Shown: positions 46,986 to 56,471, counted from the first letter of the stretch. The stretch is 64,000 bases of DNA from Minisyncoccota bacterium (GCA_035547315.1 DASZVH010000004.1:76108-140107), one strand, 5' to 3'. Translations and numbers: made by a program. Notes: generated from the letters alone by a model not told the origin.

Positions 46986-48062
46986 CTATTCGGTGAACAC
47001 AATGTTGACGAAGGCGCCAATCGAGCCTACCCAGAGCAGATACTTGGGAAAGCAGCGAATAAGTTCCGCCGTGCTCAAGAGCACGTTGCCGCGCGGAAGA
47101 TCGTATTCCCGCTCGGCATACTGCGAATCGCTGATCATCCAGTAGTAGGAGCGGTCATAGCGAACGAAGCCGCATACCACTTGGTTATGCTGGCCGTGCA
47201 TGCGACGCTGCGCATACAGGACGACATTTACCATATAGCCGTTGCAGATCGCCTCCGCCAAGTTGCTCTCGAACTTCGAGAGCGTCCATAAGCGCCATGG
47301 AGCATTGATGCCGTACTTCTGGAGGAAGCTGGTGACTTGCGACGGCAGGGCGTGCTTGAAGTACTTTCCTTGACCGGGATCCTTTTTGAAGGCACCGACG
47401 ATGCTCCTGGCAGCGATCTGCGCGCAGTAGAAACCAGGCTCAAAGTCCGTGATGTAGACGGGCTTCCGAACGCTGGCCACTACTTCGTCCGGCCTCGACT
47501 GCTCGAACGGTTTTGCCGCATCGATCAATTCCTGTTCGCCTGCACGGATGGTACGGACGCGCAGGAGGAAGCGGTGATCAAGCGACCAGCGTTTCTTTGT
47601 CGCCGGGACGCCATAGACCCACTGCTCGCGTTTGTTGCTTGCGGGCAATCGAACGCTCTGGAGAGCGTAGCCGTAGTCAGCATAGGTCAGTGCGGTCAGC
47701 ACTTCACCGAGCTTGTCGGAGTCGTTGTCCAGACAGAGCCGCAAGAGTGCTTCAATGTCGCAAACATCGAATACTTTGCCGCGAGGCAAGTATTTCTTGC
47801 TTGCGGGATATAGGCACCGCGAACCCCTGAGATCTCCCATGAATGGAGGCTCGGTACAACCAAGCTCGCGAGCTGTGAGGATCGCGCACTCAATCGTGCC
47901 AGCCAGTGCCGTTTCGTCGGAAGCACGGTAGTATTTCTTCAGGAAGGCGCGGCCGAGGCTATCAACGCGATAGCCAACAGCACGTAGCTCTTGGGGGAGC
48001 GACTGCGCCAAGCCGCGTTGCCAAGGCAGTAGTGAGATATTGAACGTGGCAATGGTCGCCAT
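46986..48062 (-). CDS. hypothetical protein (lower GC, about 55%); likely horizontally acquired
   Basis: Long ORF with protein-like composition; no family recognised. Confidence 0.5.
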   Translation of the reverse strand: MATIATFNISLLPWQRGLAQSLPQELRAVGYRVDSLGRAFLKKYYRASDETALAGTIECAILTARELGCTEPPFMGDLRGSRCLYPASKKYLPRGKVFDVCDIEALLRLCLDNDSDKLGEVLTALTYADYGYALQSVRLPASNKREQWVYGVPATKKRWSLDHRFLLRVRTIRAGEQELIDAAKPFEQSRPDEVVASVRKPVYITDFEPGFYCAQIAARSIVGAFKKDPGQGKYFKHALPSQVTSFLQKYGINAPWRLWTLSKFESNLAEAICNGYMVNVVLYAQRRMHGQHNQVVCGFVRYDRSYYWMISDSQYAEREYDLPRGNVLLSTAELIRCFPKYLLWVGSIGAFVNIVFTE

Positions 48063-48265
48063 CGCTCTCTCCTTTCTTCAGTTTCTGCTCTTACAAAGAG
48101 CGGTTGCGGGACGATTCCCCCTAGCGACAAAGATAACAGTAATCTGCACCCGTGTCAAGAGCAGATGTGTTCTGAGCTTTTAGGCATTCGTTGGCATTTT
48201 GCAACATGCAACATACCCTCTTTTGGCGTTGCATTCTATATCATTTTGAGCGCTTTCCGAACGCA

Positions 48266-48302
48266 AACCGAACACTCGAAACGGCTCTTTTCGTGTTCGG
48301 TT
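48266..48302. repeat. 10-bp inverted repeat AACCGAACAC...GTGTTCGGTT in divergent intergenic region
   Basis: Read directly. Confidence 0.45.
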
Positions 48303-48314
48303 TGTTCGCTTTTG

Positions 48315-48580
48315 CAGTCCGCAACCGCGAGGCTCGCGCCAGCGACTCGTGAGACACGCTCAAAACGCCGAAATACCTTGCAACTGCTTGCTGGAATGCC
48401 GAAAACGAGACAGTTTCCAATATGGCCTACCTGTGTCTCATTTGTCTCATCTTGTACCCGACCGCGAGGCCTCGATTGGGCCTAGCGACTACTCGCCAAA
48501 CGGCCCTTGTGGTGCCTCGCTTGGGGTAGTCCGCAACTGCGAGGGGGCACCCGTTATCGAGGCGTCTTCATCGAAACAAT
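48315..48580. repeat. three imperfect roughly 50-bp direct repeats (core (g)tccgcaac(c/t)gcgagg...agcgact(a)ctcg...aaacg) in low-GC non-coding region
   Basis: Copies begin near 48315, 48452 and 48523; spacing irregular (137 and 71 bp). Confidence 0.4.
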
Positions 48581-48607
48581 AGGGGAAATATGGCGTACTA
48601 AGGGCAT

Positions 48608-48970
48608 ATGGCATCGACCAAGCAGGTGCTTGCGGCGGGAGCGGCGGCCGCAGTAATGGCTGCGGGCGGGGCGGCAGGGATACCCGCCCCGGCCGCAGCG
48701 GCCGGGGCGGGCGCCCTCGAGCCGCCCGTCGGGAGCGTCTTCTCGGGCACTATAGAGATCGCCTCGACCCAAGGACTCCTGGTCGGCCGCAAGCAGAAGA
48801 AGGGCGGCGGACAGCTTATCGCGGTAGATACCGACGCCTCGACGGTGGTCTCCAAAGGCGGCCTCGAGCGGTCGGTAGAGGATCTTGCAAGCGGCGCGGA
48901 GGTCATCGTCTCAGGCGCAAAGCAGGAGGACGGCAGCATCTTGGCCTCCAAGATCATCATCAGAAATTAA
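48608..48970 (+). CDS. small secreted protein, DUF5666-like beta-barrel repeats
   Basis: Ala-rich signal region; ...GSVFSGTIEIAST.GLLV... and DLASGAEVIVSGAKQEDGSILASKIIIRN repeat units. Confidence 0.45.
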   Translation: MASTKQVLAAGAAAAVMAAGGAAGIPAPAAAAGAGALEPPVGSVFSGTIEIASTQGLLVGRKQKKGGGQLIAVDTDASTVVSKGGLERSVEDLASGAEVIVSGAKQEDGSILASKIIIRN

Positions 48971-49044
48971 TGCCTGCGCCGCCTCGCGCGGCTTCCCGGC
49001 CGAGCGGAGTGCTGGGGATGACTTTGTATGCTACAATCGGCGGT

Positions 49045-49284
49045 ATGAAACCCGTCACGATCTACAGCACCCCGACCTGCCACTTCTGCGGCATGACCAA
49101 GGAGTATTTGAAGGCCAACAACGTCGCCTACACCGAGTTCGACGTCGCGCACGACGCCGCCAAGCGCCAGGAGATGATCCAGAAGTCGGGCCAGATGGGC
49201 GTACCGGTGATTCTCATCGGAGAGGAGCTTATCGTGGGCTTTGACAAGCCCAGGATCCAGGGCGCGCTCGGCCTGCCGGCCTGA
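49045..49284 (+). CDS. glutaredoxin-like protein (NrdH/Grx family, CHFC active site)
   Basis: MKPVTIYSTPTCHFCGMTKEYLKANNVAYTEFDV...GQMGVPVILIGEELIVGFD thioredoxin-fold motif; alternative upstream start 48970. Confidence 0.7.
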   Translation: MKPVTIYSTPTCHFCGMTKEYLKANNVAYTEFDVAHDAAKRQEMIQKSGQMGVPVILIGEELIVGFDKPRIQGALGLPA

Positions 49285-49290
49285 TCCTGA

Positions 49291-49364
49291 GCCCCTATAG
49301 TTCAATGGATAGAACGGCTCACTCCTAACGAGCTGATCCCTGTTCGACTCAGGGTAGGGGCACC
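49291..49364 (+). tRNA. tRNA-Arg (anticodon CCU)
   Basis: Hand-folded: acceptor GCCCCTA/TAGGGGC, D GTTC-AATGGATA-GAAC, anticodon loop CUCCUAA (stem with one A-C mismatch), T-arm CCCTG-TTCGACT-CAGGG, discriminator A, CC encoded. Confidence 0.7.
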
Positions 49365-49392
49365 GCAAACGGCGCGGTATAATCGGGACTAT

Positions 49393-49815
49393 ATGAACTC
49401 ACTTGCACGATTCTTTTACCAGCGCGACTTGGGGCTCCTGCTCTTGCGGGTCTCGACCGGCCTTATATTCCTCCTCCACGGGTGGATGAAGGTCAACGAC
49501 CTCGCGATGACCGCGGGCATGTTCGCGCATATGGGCTTCCCGCTGTGGGTCGGCTATTTCATCGCCTGGCTCGAAGTGATCGGCGGCCTCGCGCTCATCC
49601 TCGGGGTGGCGACGCGCTTCTTCGGCGTCGTCTTCGGGATCGAGATGCTGGTGGCGACCTTCATCGTCGGCTTCTCCCGCGGGCTCGGGCTCGAGTTCTA
49701 TCTCGCCGCGGTCTCCTTCGCTATCGCGCTCGCGGGCAGCGGCCGTTTCTCGATCTATCCGCTCGAGTGCCGGGCGTGCGGGGCGCTCGTCTGCGAGCTC
49801 CACGAGCGCCATTGA
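49393..49815 (+). CDS. DoxX family membrane protein
   Basis: DLGLLLLRVSTGLIFLLHGWMKV... DoxX signature. Confidence 0.6.
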   Translation: MNSLARFFYQRDLGLLLLRVSTGLIFLLHGWMKVNDLAMTAGMFAHMGFPLWVGYFIAWLEVIGGLALILGVATRFFGVVFGIEMLVATFIVGFSRGLGLEFYLAAVSFAIALAGSGRFSIYPLECRACGALVCELHERH

Positions 49816-49854
49816 CGCCGCGGCGTCGCGGGCATATACTTAGAGAATCTAACT

Positions 49855-51396
49855 ATGTCTTCGCGCCTGCTCGCTCTCGCCCGTTTGCTCGCCCGGCCCG
49901 CCATCGCGGTAGGCGGCTCGCTCGCGCTCGCGCTCGCGCTCGCCGGCGGCGCCTGGTATCTCGCGAGCGAGAAGCCCTCCGGCGCCTACGCCGCGGCGCT
50001 CATGGCTCCGCTCGCGGAGGAGGTCCGCGCCTCCGGCCCGGTCGAGAGCGCGCAATCGACCGATCTCTCCTTCCAGATTCCGGGGCAGGTCGCCGCGATC
50101 AACGTCGCGGTGGGCCAGCACGTCGCGGCCGGACAGGTCCTTGTCGCGCTTTCAGGCGGCAGCGCCGCGGCGGCGGTCGAGAGCGCCAAGGCCAATCTCG
50201 CGAGCGCGCAGGCCAATCTCTCCGCGCTCCAGGCGGGTACCCGCCCCGAGCAGCTCGCGATCGAGCAGAACGCGGTCGCCCAGGACCAGGACGCGCTGCG
50301 CGACGCGATCCGCTCGGCATACGTCGCGGCCGACACCGCGCTCCACGCCGATATCGACCCGCTCTTCACCAATCCGCGCACGCCCAATCCGCAGTTCTCC
50401 CTCACGGTGCCCGACTCGACCCTGGTCAACGAGATTAATCGCGAGCGCTCCACGCTCGAGCCGCTCCTCACCGACTGGGGCGCCTCCGTCTCGAGCGCGG
50501 ACTTCGCCACCGCGGAGCCGGCGGCGCTTGGGCAGAGCTCTTCCGCGGATCTCGCGAGCCTGACGAGCTTCGCCGACGACGTGGCGCGGGCGCTCGCGGA
50601 GACCCAGCCCTCCGCCGCGCTCTCGGCAGGAGCGCTCGCGAGCTACCAGAACCAGGTCGCCGCCGCCCGCACGGCGCTCTCCGGCGCGGCCTCCTCGCTC
50701 ACCGGCGCCACCGCCGCGCTCATCGCGGCCGAGGGCGCGCTCGCGCTCGGGCAGGCCGGCGCGACGCCGCAGCAGATCGCGCAGGGGGAGGCGCAGGTCG
50801 GGGCCGCGCAGGCCGCGCTCGACGCCGCTACGGTCGCGCAGGGGGAGACCGCGCTCGTCGCGCCGATCGCGGGCGTGATCACCGTGCAGAACGCAAACCC
50901 GGGCGAGACGGTGGCGCCGGGCGTGCCGCTGGTCTCGATCGAGAGCGACGCCGCCTTCGAGGCCAAGGTGCCGGTCTCCGAGGCCGACATCGCCAAGATC
51001 AAGCCCGGCGAGGCGGTCGAGGCCACTTTCGACGCCTACCCCGGCGTCGTTTTCCCGGCGACGGTGACGGCGGTCGACCCGGCCGCGACCTTCTCGGGCG
51101 GGATCGCGAGCTATCAGGTCACCGCCACCTTCTCGCAGGACGACCCGCGCATCGCCTCGGGCCTCACGGCGCATCTTTCCATACTCACCGACGAGATCCC
51201 GAGCGCGCTCGTGATCCCGGCGAGCGCCGTCATCACCGAGAGCGGCGGGCAGGAGTTCGTCTACGTCAAGGGCGGCCCGGGCCCGGGCACCAAGACGCCG
51301 GTCACCACCGGCCTGCGCGGCGCGGACGGCATGGTGCAGGTCCTTTCCGGCCTCTCGGCGGGCGCGCAGGTGCTCACCTTCGGCTCCGCCGGCTAG
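49855..51396 (+). CDS. HlyD-family periplasmic adaptor (membrane fusion protein) with long coiled-coil
   Basis: N-terminal TM, biotinyl/lipoyl-like hairpin (...QVAAINVAVGQHVAAGQVLVAL...), long Ala/Gln-rich coiled coil, beta-barrel C-terminal region. Confidence 0.6.
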   Translation: MSSRLLALARLLARPAIAVGGSLALALALAGGAWYLASEKPSGAYAAALMAPLAEEVRASGPVESAQSTDLSFQIPGQVAAINVAVGQHVAAGQVLVALSGGSAAAAVESAKANLASAQANLSALQAGTRPEQLAIEQNAVAQDQDALRDAIRSAYVAADTALHADIDPLFTNPRTPNPQFSLTVPDSTLVNEINRERSTLEPLLTDWGASVSSADFATAEPAALGQSSSADLASLTSFADDVARALAETQPSAALSAGALASYQNQVAAARTALSGAASSLTGATAALIAAEGALALGQAGATPQQIAQGEAQVGAAQAALDAATVAQGETALVAPIAGVITVQNANPGETVAPGVPLVSIESDAAFEAKVPVSEADIAKIKPGEAVEATFDAYPGVVFPATVTAVDPAATFSGGIASYQVTATFSQDDPRIASGLTAHLSILTDEIPSALVIPASAVITESGGQEFVYVKGGPGPGTKTPVTTGLRGADGMVQVLSGLSAGAQVLTFGSAG

Positions 51397-51406
51397 CCGC
51401 ATCCGT

Positions 51407-52027
51407 ATGGACTCCGCACTACGCAAGAATCTTCTCATCTTCGGCGGGGCCGGGGTCGTGATCCTCATACTCGGCGTCGTCGCGGCGTATCTCATCCTCA
51501 CGGGCGGCAGCGTCTCGATCGACAACGCCTCTATCGAGGCGCCGCTCATCAACCTCGCGCCGACCTCCGCCGGCCGCTTGAACGCCGTCTACGTCAACGA
51601 GGGAGACGCGGTCGCCGCCGACGAGCCCCTCTTTACCGTGGGGACCGAGGTGGTCACCGCCAAGGTCGCGGGCATCGTCGTCAGCGTGGAGGACACCGTC
51701 GGGGCGAACATCGCGCCGGGCACGCCGGTTGTGAGCGAGGTCGACCCGACCCAGCTGCGCGTGGTGGGCGAGCTCGACGAGAACAAGGGCCTCGCGCGGA
51801 TCGCGGTCGGCGACCCGGTCCGCTTCACCGTCGACGCCTTCGGCGGCAAGACCTTCGCGGGCGTCGTGGACGAGGTCGCGCCCACCGCCAACTCCTCGGG
51901 CGTCGTTTTCAATATTTCGGACCAGCGCGAGGAGCAGAGCTTCGACATCAAGGCGCGCTTCGACACGAGCGCGTATCGCGAGCTCAAGAACGGCATGAGC
52001 GCGCGGATGACGGTGTATACCGAGTAG
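51407..52027 (+). CDS. HlyD/EmrA-like membrane fusion protein (short)
   Basis: TM; AGRLNAVYVNEGDAVAADEPLFTV... lipoyl-like; GDPVRFTVDAFGGKTFAGVV beta-barrel motif. Confidence 0.6.
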   Translation: MDSALRKNLLIFGGAGVVILILGVVAAYLILTGGSVSIDNASIEAPLINLAPTSAGRLNAVYVNEGDAVAADEPLFTVGTEVVTAKVAGIVVSVEDTVGANIAPGTPVVSEVDPTQLRVVGELDENKGLARIAVGDPVRFTVDAFGGKTFAGVVDEVAPTANSSGVVFNISDQREEQSFDIKARFDTSAYRELKNGMSARMTVYTE

Positions 52028-52031
52028 CCGC

Positions 52032-53531
52032 ATGAGCGAACGCGCCGGCCGCCCCTGGCTCGTCCTCCTCACCGTGATGGTGGGGACGCTGCTGATCGGG
52101 CTCGACCGCACCGTGGTCAACCTCGCGGTGCCCAAGATCATTGGCGCCTTCGGCATCTCGGTCTCCACCGCGGCCTGGATCGCGACCGCCTACATCATCA
52201 CCAACGCCGTCTTCGTTCCCGTCTTCGGCAAGCTCGGCGACCTCTACGGCAACCGCGTCATCTATGTCTGGAGCTTTATCGGCTTCATCGCGATGTCGGT
52301 GCTGACCGGGCTCGCGTGGAGCTTCGGCCCGCTGGTCATATTCCGCGCGCTGCAGGGGCTCGTGGGCGCCGCGATCTATCCGACCGCGATGTCCTTGATC
52401 GCCAAATCATTCGTCGAGCCCAAGGCGCGCGCGCAGGCGCTCGGCATCTGGTCCTCCTCCTTCGCCGTCTCGGCGATCATCGGCCCCTTGCTGGGCGGCT
52501 ATCTCATCGACCACTTCTCCTGGCGCATGATCTTTTACATCAACCTCCCCATCGGCGTCCTCGGGCTCGTGATGACGCTCCTCTGGCTCCCGCACGACGC
52601 GCCGACCGAGCGCGGGCGCTTCGACTGGTTCGGCTCGCTCCTCTTGGCCGGAGCCATCACCGCGATGGTGCTGGTGCTCGACCAGGGGCAGAGCTGGGGC
52701 TGGGCCTCGGCGGCGAGCCTCGCCTGCTACGGCGCGACCGCGCTCTTCGGCGGGCTCACCTGGCTCTGGGAGACGCGGCACACGCACCCGATCATTGACT
52801 TCAAGCTCTTCAAGAATCCGACCATAGTCTCGGTCTTGGCGGTCTCGTTCATCTCCTTCGGCGGGATGATGGGCGCGATGTTCCTCCTCCCCGTCTTCAC
52901 CCAGACTTTCCTCGGCTACGACGCCATCAAGACGGGGCTTCTTTTCGTCCCCATGGGGCTCACGCTGCCGATCTTCGCTCCGCTCGGCGGCTGGCTCGCC
53001 GCAAAGCTCCACCCGCGCTACACCGTCTCCTTCGGCATGGCGGTGGCGGCGCTCTCCTTCTACCTCCTGCGCAATCTCGACCCGGCGATGAGCTACGGCG
53101 ACTTCGTCCTGCCGCTCGTGCTCTTCGGGGCGGGCTTGGGGCTGGGCATGGCCCCCCTGACCAACGCCTCGACGACCGCGGTGCCGGTCCATGAGGTCGG
53201 CATGTCCTCGGGGCTCCTCAACCTCGTGCGCAATATCGGCGGCGCCTTCGGCATCGCCATTTTCGGCACGATCCTCACCAACGCGACCAATGCCAACGTG
53301 CTCATGGTCGCGCAGCACTCGGTGATCCGCAGCACCCTCCCGCAGATTATCGCGCAGGGCACGACGCTGATAATCCTCAAAGCCGACCTCCTCGCCTACG
53401 GCACCGTCTTCGAGTTCGCGGCGCTCGCGATGCTCGCGGGATCTCTCCTCGCGCTCCTCCTCCTGCGCGCCTCCAGCGACGCCTCGCACCTCTCGGCCGA
53501 GGCGCGCGCCGCAGCCGCAGCCGGCGGCTAA
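52032..53531 (+). CDS. MFS drug efflux transporter, DHA2/EmrB-QacA family (14 TMS)
   Basis: GLDRTVVNLAVPKI, YGNRVIYVWSFIGFIAMSVLTG, ...signature of EmrB family. Confidence 0.85.
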   Translation: MSERAGRPWLVLLTVMVGTLLIGLDRTVVNLAVPKIIGAFGISVSTAAWIATAYIITNAVFVPVFGKLGDLYGNRVIYVWSFIGFIAMSVLTGLAWSFGPLVIFRALQGLVGAAIYPTAMSLIAKSFVEPKARAQALGIWSSSFAVSAIIGPLLGGYLIDHFSWRMIFYINLPIGVLGLVMTLLWLPHDAPTERGRFDWFGSLLLAGAITAMVLVLDQGQSWGWASAASLACYGATALFGGLTWLWETRHTHPIIDFKLFKNPTIVSVLAVSFISFGGMMGAMFLLPVFTQTFLGYDAIKTGLLFVPMGLTLPIFAPLGGWLAAKLHPRYTVSFGMAVAALSFYLLRNLDPAMSYGDFVLPLVLFGAGLGLGMAPLTNASTTAVPVHEVGMSSGLLNLVRNIGGAFGIAIFGTILTNATNANVLMVAQHSVIRSTLPQIIAQGTTLIILKADLLAYGTVFEFAALAMLAGSLLALLLLRASSDASHLSAEARAAAAAGG

Positions 53532-53533
53532 TC

Positions 53534-53974
53534 ATGAAAACGCACAAGCACCGCAAAGCGGAGGTCGCGCGCGCCGCCACGATCTTCTTCCGCGTGCGCT
53601 CGTTGGTGCGTCACAAGCTCGCGGGCGGCGCGCGCCTCGACCCGTACGCGTGGCTGCGGATCGAGACCTTGGCCTATATCGGGGAGCACAACCCCACCAT
53701 GAGTGAGATCGCAGAGTATCTCGCGATCACCGCGCCCTCGGCGACCTCGCTTATCGCCTCGCTCGCGCGCGCCGGGCTCGTCGCGCGCGCCACGAGCAAG
53801 GAGGATCGCCGCGTGCTCCGAATCTCGCTCACCGCAAAAGGCAAGGCGACCTTGAAGGCTGCCTTTGCTCGTGGCGCGCGCATCTTTAGCGGCGTCTTCG
53901 CGCCGCTCTCCGCTCCCGAGCTCGCCGCTTTTTCGCGCCTGCTCGCCAAGCTCGAGCGGGGGAGCAGGGACTAG
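53534..53974 (+). CDS. MarR family transcriptional regulator
   Basis: Winged-helix region MSEIAEYLAITAPSATSLIASLARAGLVARATSKEDRRVLRISLTAKG. Confidence 0.75.
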   Translation: MKTHKHRKAEVARAATIFFRVRSLVRHKLAGGARLDPYAWLRIETLAYIGEHNPTMSEIAEYLAITAPSATSLIASLARAGLVARATSKEDRRVLRISLTAKGKATLKAAFARGARIFSGVFAPLSAPELAAFSRLLAKLERGSRD

Positions 53975-53975
53975 G

Positions 53976-54048
53976 TGCTTGGAGTCGGGCTCGAACCGAC
54001 GACCCCTTCCTCTTCAGGGAAGTGCTCTACCAACTGAGCTATCCAAGC
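53976..54048 (-). tRNA. tRNA-Phe (anticodon GAA)
   Basis: Minus strand GCTTGGATAGCTCAGTTGGTAGAGCACTTCCCTGAAGAGGAAGGGGTCGTCGGTTCGAGCCCGACTCCAAGCA; anticodon loop CUGAAGA. Confidence 0.85.
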
Positions 54049-54103
54049 GTCTCGAGGAGTTTACCAAATCCGGCCCGTTTTTGCAGCTATACTATCTAAC
54101 GAC

Positions 54104-55189
54104 ATGTTCCGCAGGCTCTTTGCGTGGATGAACAAATACGAGCGGCACTTGAGCGCCGTGGCGATGGTGGGCGGCTTCATCATCGACCAGCTCTTCTTCG
54201 GGCGCATCGACCTCGCGCGCACGGAGGCCGTCTTCCTCGCGTATGTCGCCATCTGCGTCGTCGCGATCGCGTGGCTCCACCGCATCGAGGAGCGCGCGGA
54301 GGCGGGGAAGCCTCGCCCGCGCTGGCGGCCGGTACTGCCCCTCGCCACCCAATTCGCGCTCGGCGGCTTCTGGAGCGGCTTCGTCTTCTTCTACGGCCGC
54401 GCGGGGGTGATCGCGGCCTCCTGGCCGTATCTCGCGCTCCTCATGTTCATCCTCATCTTCAACGAGGTGCTGAAGAAGTACCATGACCGGCTCGTCTTCA
54501 CCAACGTGCTCTTCTTCTTTGCGCTCTTCTCTTACGCCATTTTCGCGGTGCCGCTCGCGACCGGCACGATCGGCGTGGGCGACTTCATCCTCTCGGGAGC
54601 GGTCGCGCTCGGCTTCTTCGCCCTTTTCGAGCTCCTGCTCTACTATCTCGGCCGGCGGCGCTACCGTTCGGGCGCGCGCGCGATCGCGGCAGGCTCGCTC
54701 GCTACCTACGCGCTCATCAACCTTTTCTACTTCACCGGCGTCCTGCCGCCCCTGCCGCTCTCGCTCAAGAGCGGCGGCATCTACCACTCGGTCGTGCACC
54801 AGGCGCCGAGCTACACCGCGCTCGCGGAGCCCGAGCGCTGGGAGGTCCGGCTCGGCCTCGCGGAGCCCGTGCTGCATCTGCCGCTCGGCACGCCGCTCTA
54901 CGCGTTCTCGGCGGTCTTCGCGCCGGTGGCGCTCGCGACCACGATCACGCACCGCTGGGAGTGGTACGACCCTGAGCGCGGCGCGTGGGTCACCGAGGCG
55001 GCGGTGGCATACCCGATCGAGGGCGGGCGCGACGGCGGCTACCTCGGCTACTCGGCCAAAAGCATCGGCCAGGCGGGAAAGTGGCGCGTGCGCATCGAGA
55101 CCATCGACGGCCGGGTGATCGGAGAGCTCGACTTCATCGCGGCCGCCGCCACGACGAGTCCGCCCTTGACCATGAAAACGCTCGATTAG
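54104..55189 (+). CDS. hypothetical polytopic membrane protein with C-terminal extracytoplasmic domain
   Basis: 6-7 hydrophobic segments; no family recognised. Confidence 0.45.
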   Translation: MFRRLFAWMNKYERHLSAVAMVGGFIIDQLFFGRIDLARTEAVFLAYVAICVVAIAWLHRIEERAEAGKPRPRWRPVLPLATQFALGGFWSGFVFFYGRAGVIAASWPYLALLMFILIFNEVLKKYHDRLVFTNVLFFFALFSYAIFAVPLATGTIGVGDFILSGAVALGFFALFELLLYYLGRRRYRSGARAIAAGSLATYALINLFYFTGVLPPLPLSLKSGGIYHSVVHQAPSYTALAEPERWEVRLGLAEPVLHLPLGTPLYAFSAVFAPVALATTITHRWEWYDPERGAWVTEAAVAYPIEGGRDGGYLGYSAKSIGQAGKWRVRIETIDGRVIGELDFIAAAATTSPPLTMKTLD

Positions 55190-55686
55190 CTCGCTTTGAC
55201 GCGGAGCCTCGTCTGGCGGGCTTTGTCGAGCTTAGGCAGGATGATCGTGAGGAGGCCGTCTTTGGCGGAGGCGGAGGAGCTGTCGACGTCCACCTCCTGC
55301 GGCAGGAGGATCGTGCGGGCGAAGGCGCCCCAGAAGAGCTCGCGCGTGAAGGTGTCGCCCGCGGTCACGTTCTCGCGCTCCATGCGCGAGCCCTCGATCG
55401 CGACCATGTCGCGGCTGATGGAGATATTGAGCTCGTCGGGGCGCACTCCCGCGACGAAGGCGCGGATGATGATCTCGGAGGGCGTCTGATAGACGTCCAC
55501 GGGCAGCTCTCCCGCGGAGGGGTCGCGGCGCTCCGCCCCCGCCGCACGCGCGGCGGGGGCGGGGGCCGCCGCCGGCCGGCCGGCCTCGCGCACCGGCAAG
55601 GGCTCGTCGTCGAACTCGGCGTCGTCGAGCGAGCTGGCGCCCGATATCCGGTCGAAGAGGGAGCGTTTCTTGGGGAGTAGTGCCAT
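55186..55686 (-). CDS. Hsp20/alpha-crystallin family small heat-shock protein
   Basis: ...VDVYQTPSEIIIRAFVAGVRPDELNISISRDMVAIEG...GLLTIILPK alpha-crystallin domain pattern. Confidence 0.8.
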   Translation of the reverse strand: MALLPKKRSLFDRISGASSLDDAEFDDEPLPVREAGRPAAAPAPAARAAGAERRDPSAGELPVDVYQTPSEIIIRAFVAGVRPDELNISISRDMVAIEGSRMERENVTAGDTFTRELFWGAFARTILLPQEVDVDSSSASAKDGLLTIILPKLDKARQTRLRVKAS

Positions 55687-55720
55687 GGAAGGTGGGAGAT
55701 TGGGAGTGATAAGGGGTAGA

Positions 55721-56434
55721 TCAGGCCGCGCTGCGATATTGGAAATATTTTAGCACCTCGAAGAGGGCGAAGAACACGACCGCCGCGCTCCAAACGAGGA
55801 AGAAGGCGGAGAGCGCCGCGGAGCCGCCTCCAGAGATGATAAGCGCGTTGAAGGCGGCATGCAATCCGACCGCGAGGATAAGTCCGGCGGCGGCGTAGAC
55901 GATGCGCGCCAGAGGCGACTTCTTCCAGGAGAAGGCGAGCGCGAAGCCGATCGAGGCGGAGGCGACCACGTGGAGCAGGGTCGAGCCGACGAAGCGCAGG
56001 TTGTCGGTCTCGAAGCCCAAGAGGAATTGGCCGGAGGAGAGCGGAGCGAGCAGGAAGAGCGCGTTCTCGCAGGCGGCGAAGCCCAGAGCGACCGTAATCA
56101 GGTAGATGACGTAATCGGGCGCCTCGTCGACAGCGCTGCGCCAGAGGATAAAGAGGGCGCCGGCGAGATACTTGAGCGTCTCTTCGGCGATGGCCCAGGA
56201 GACCAGCACGGGGAGCGAGGTCGCCGCGAGGCCCAAGAGCGCGAGCCGGCTCCGCGCGGCCTCCTCAAGCGGGATCGCGAGCGGGACCGCGAGGGCGCCC
56301 GCGAAGAAGGCGAGCGCGATCAGGGATTTGGGCTCCGGGTGCTCGGCATCCTCCTTGAGCAGGAAATAGAGCCAGATCAGGGCCGGCACTATCCCCCCGA
56401 GCACCGCATATCCGATTGTCTCGAACGAGGGCAT
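55721..56434 (-). CDS. PrsW-family intramembrane metalloprotease
   Basis: EExxK (AIAEETLKY), FxxxE (FAACENALF), HxxxN (HAAFNAL) motifs within TM helices. Confidence 0.6.
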   Translation of the reverse strand: MPSFETIGYAVLGGIVPALIWLYFLLKEDAEHPEPKSLIALAFFAGALAVPLAIPLEEAARSRLALLGLAATSLPVLVSWAIAEETLKYLAGALFILWRSAVDEAPDYVIYLITVALGFAACENALFLLAPLSSGQFLLGFETDNLRFVGSTLLHVVASASIGFALAFSWKKSPLARIVYAAAGLILAVGLHAAFNALIISGGGSAALSAFFLVWSAAVVFFALFEVLKYFQYRSAA

Positions 56435-56471
56435 TACCCCCTCATTCTAGCAGGTGGTTTATACTGAAACG

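Noticed and set aside
48315-48580. Possible CRISPR array
   Set aside because: Repeat copies are imperfect (roughly 75-85% identity) and irregularly spaced (137 and 71 bp), with no cas genes in the window. More consistent with iteron or operator-like or decayed repeats.
50152-51552. 466-aa - strand ORF
   Set aside because: Antisense of HlyD-family adaptor gene.
52407-53489. 360-aa - strand ORF
   Set aside because: Antisense of MFS transporter gene.
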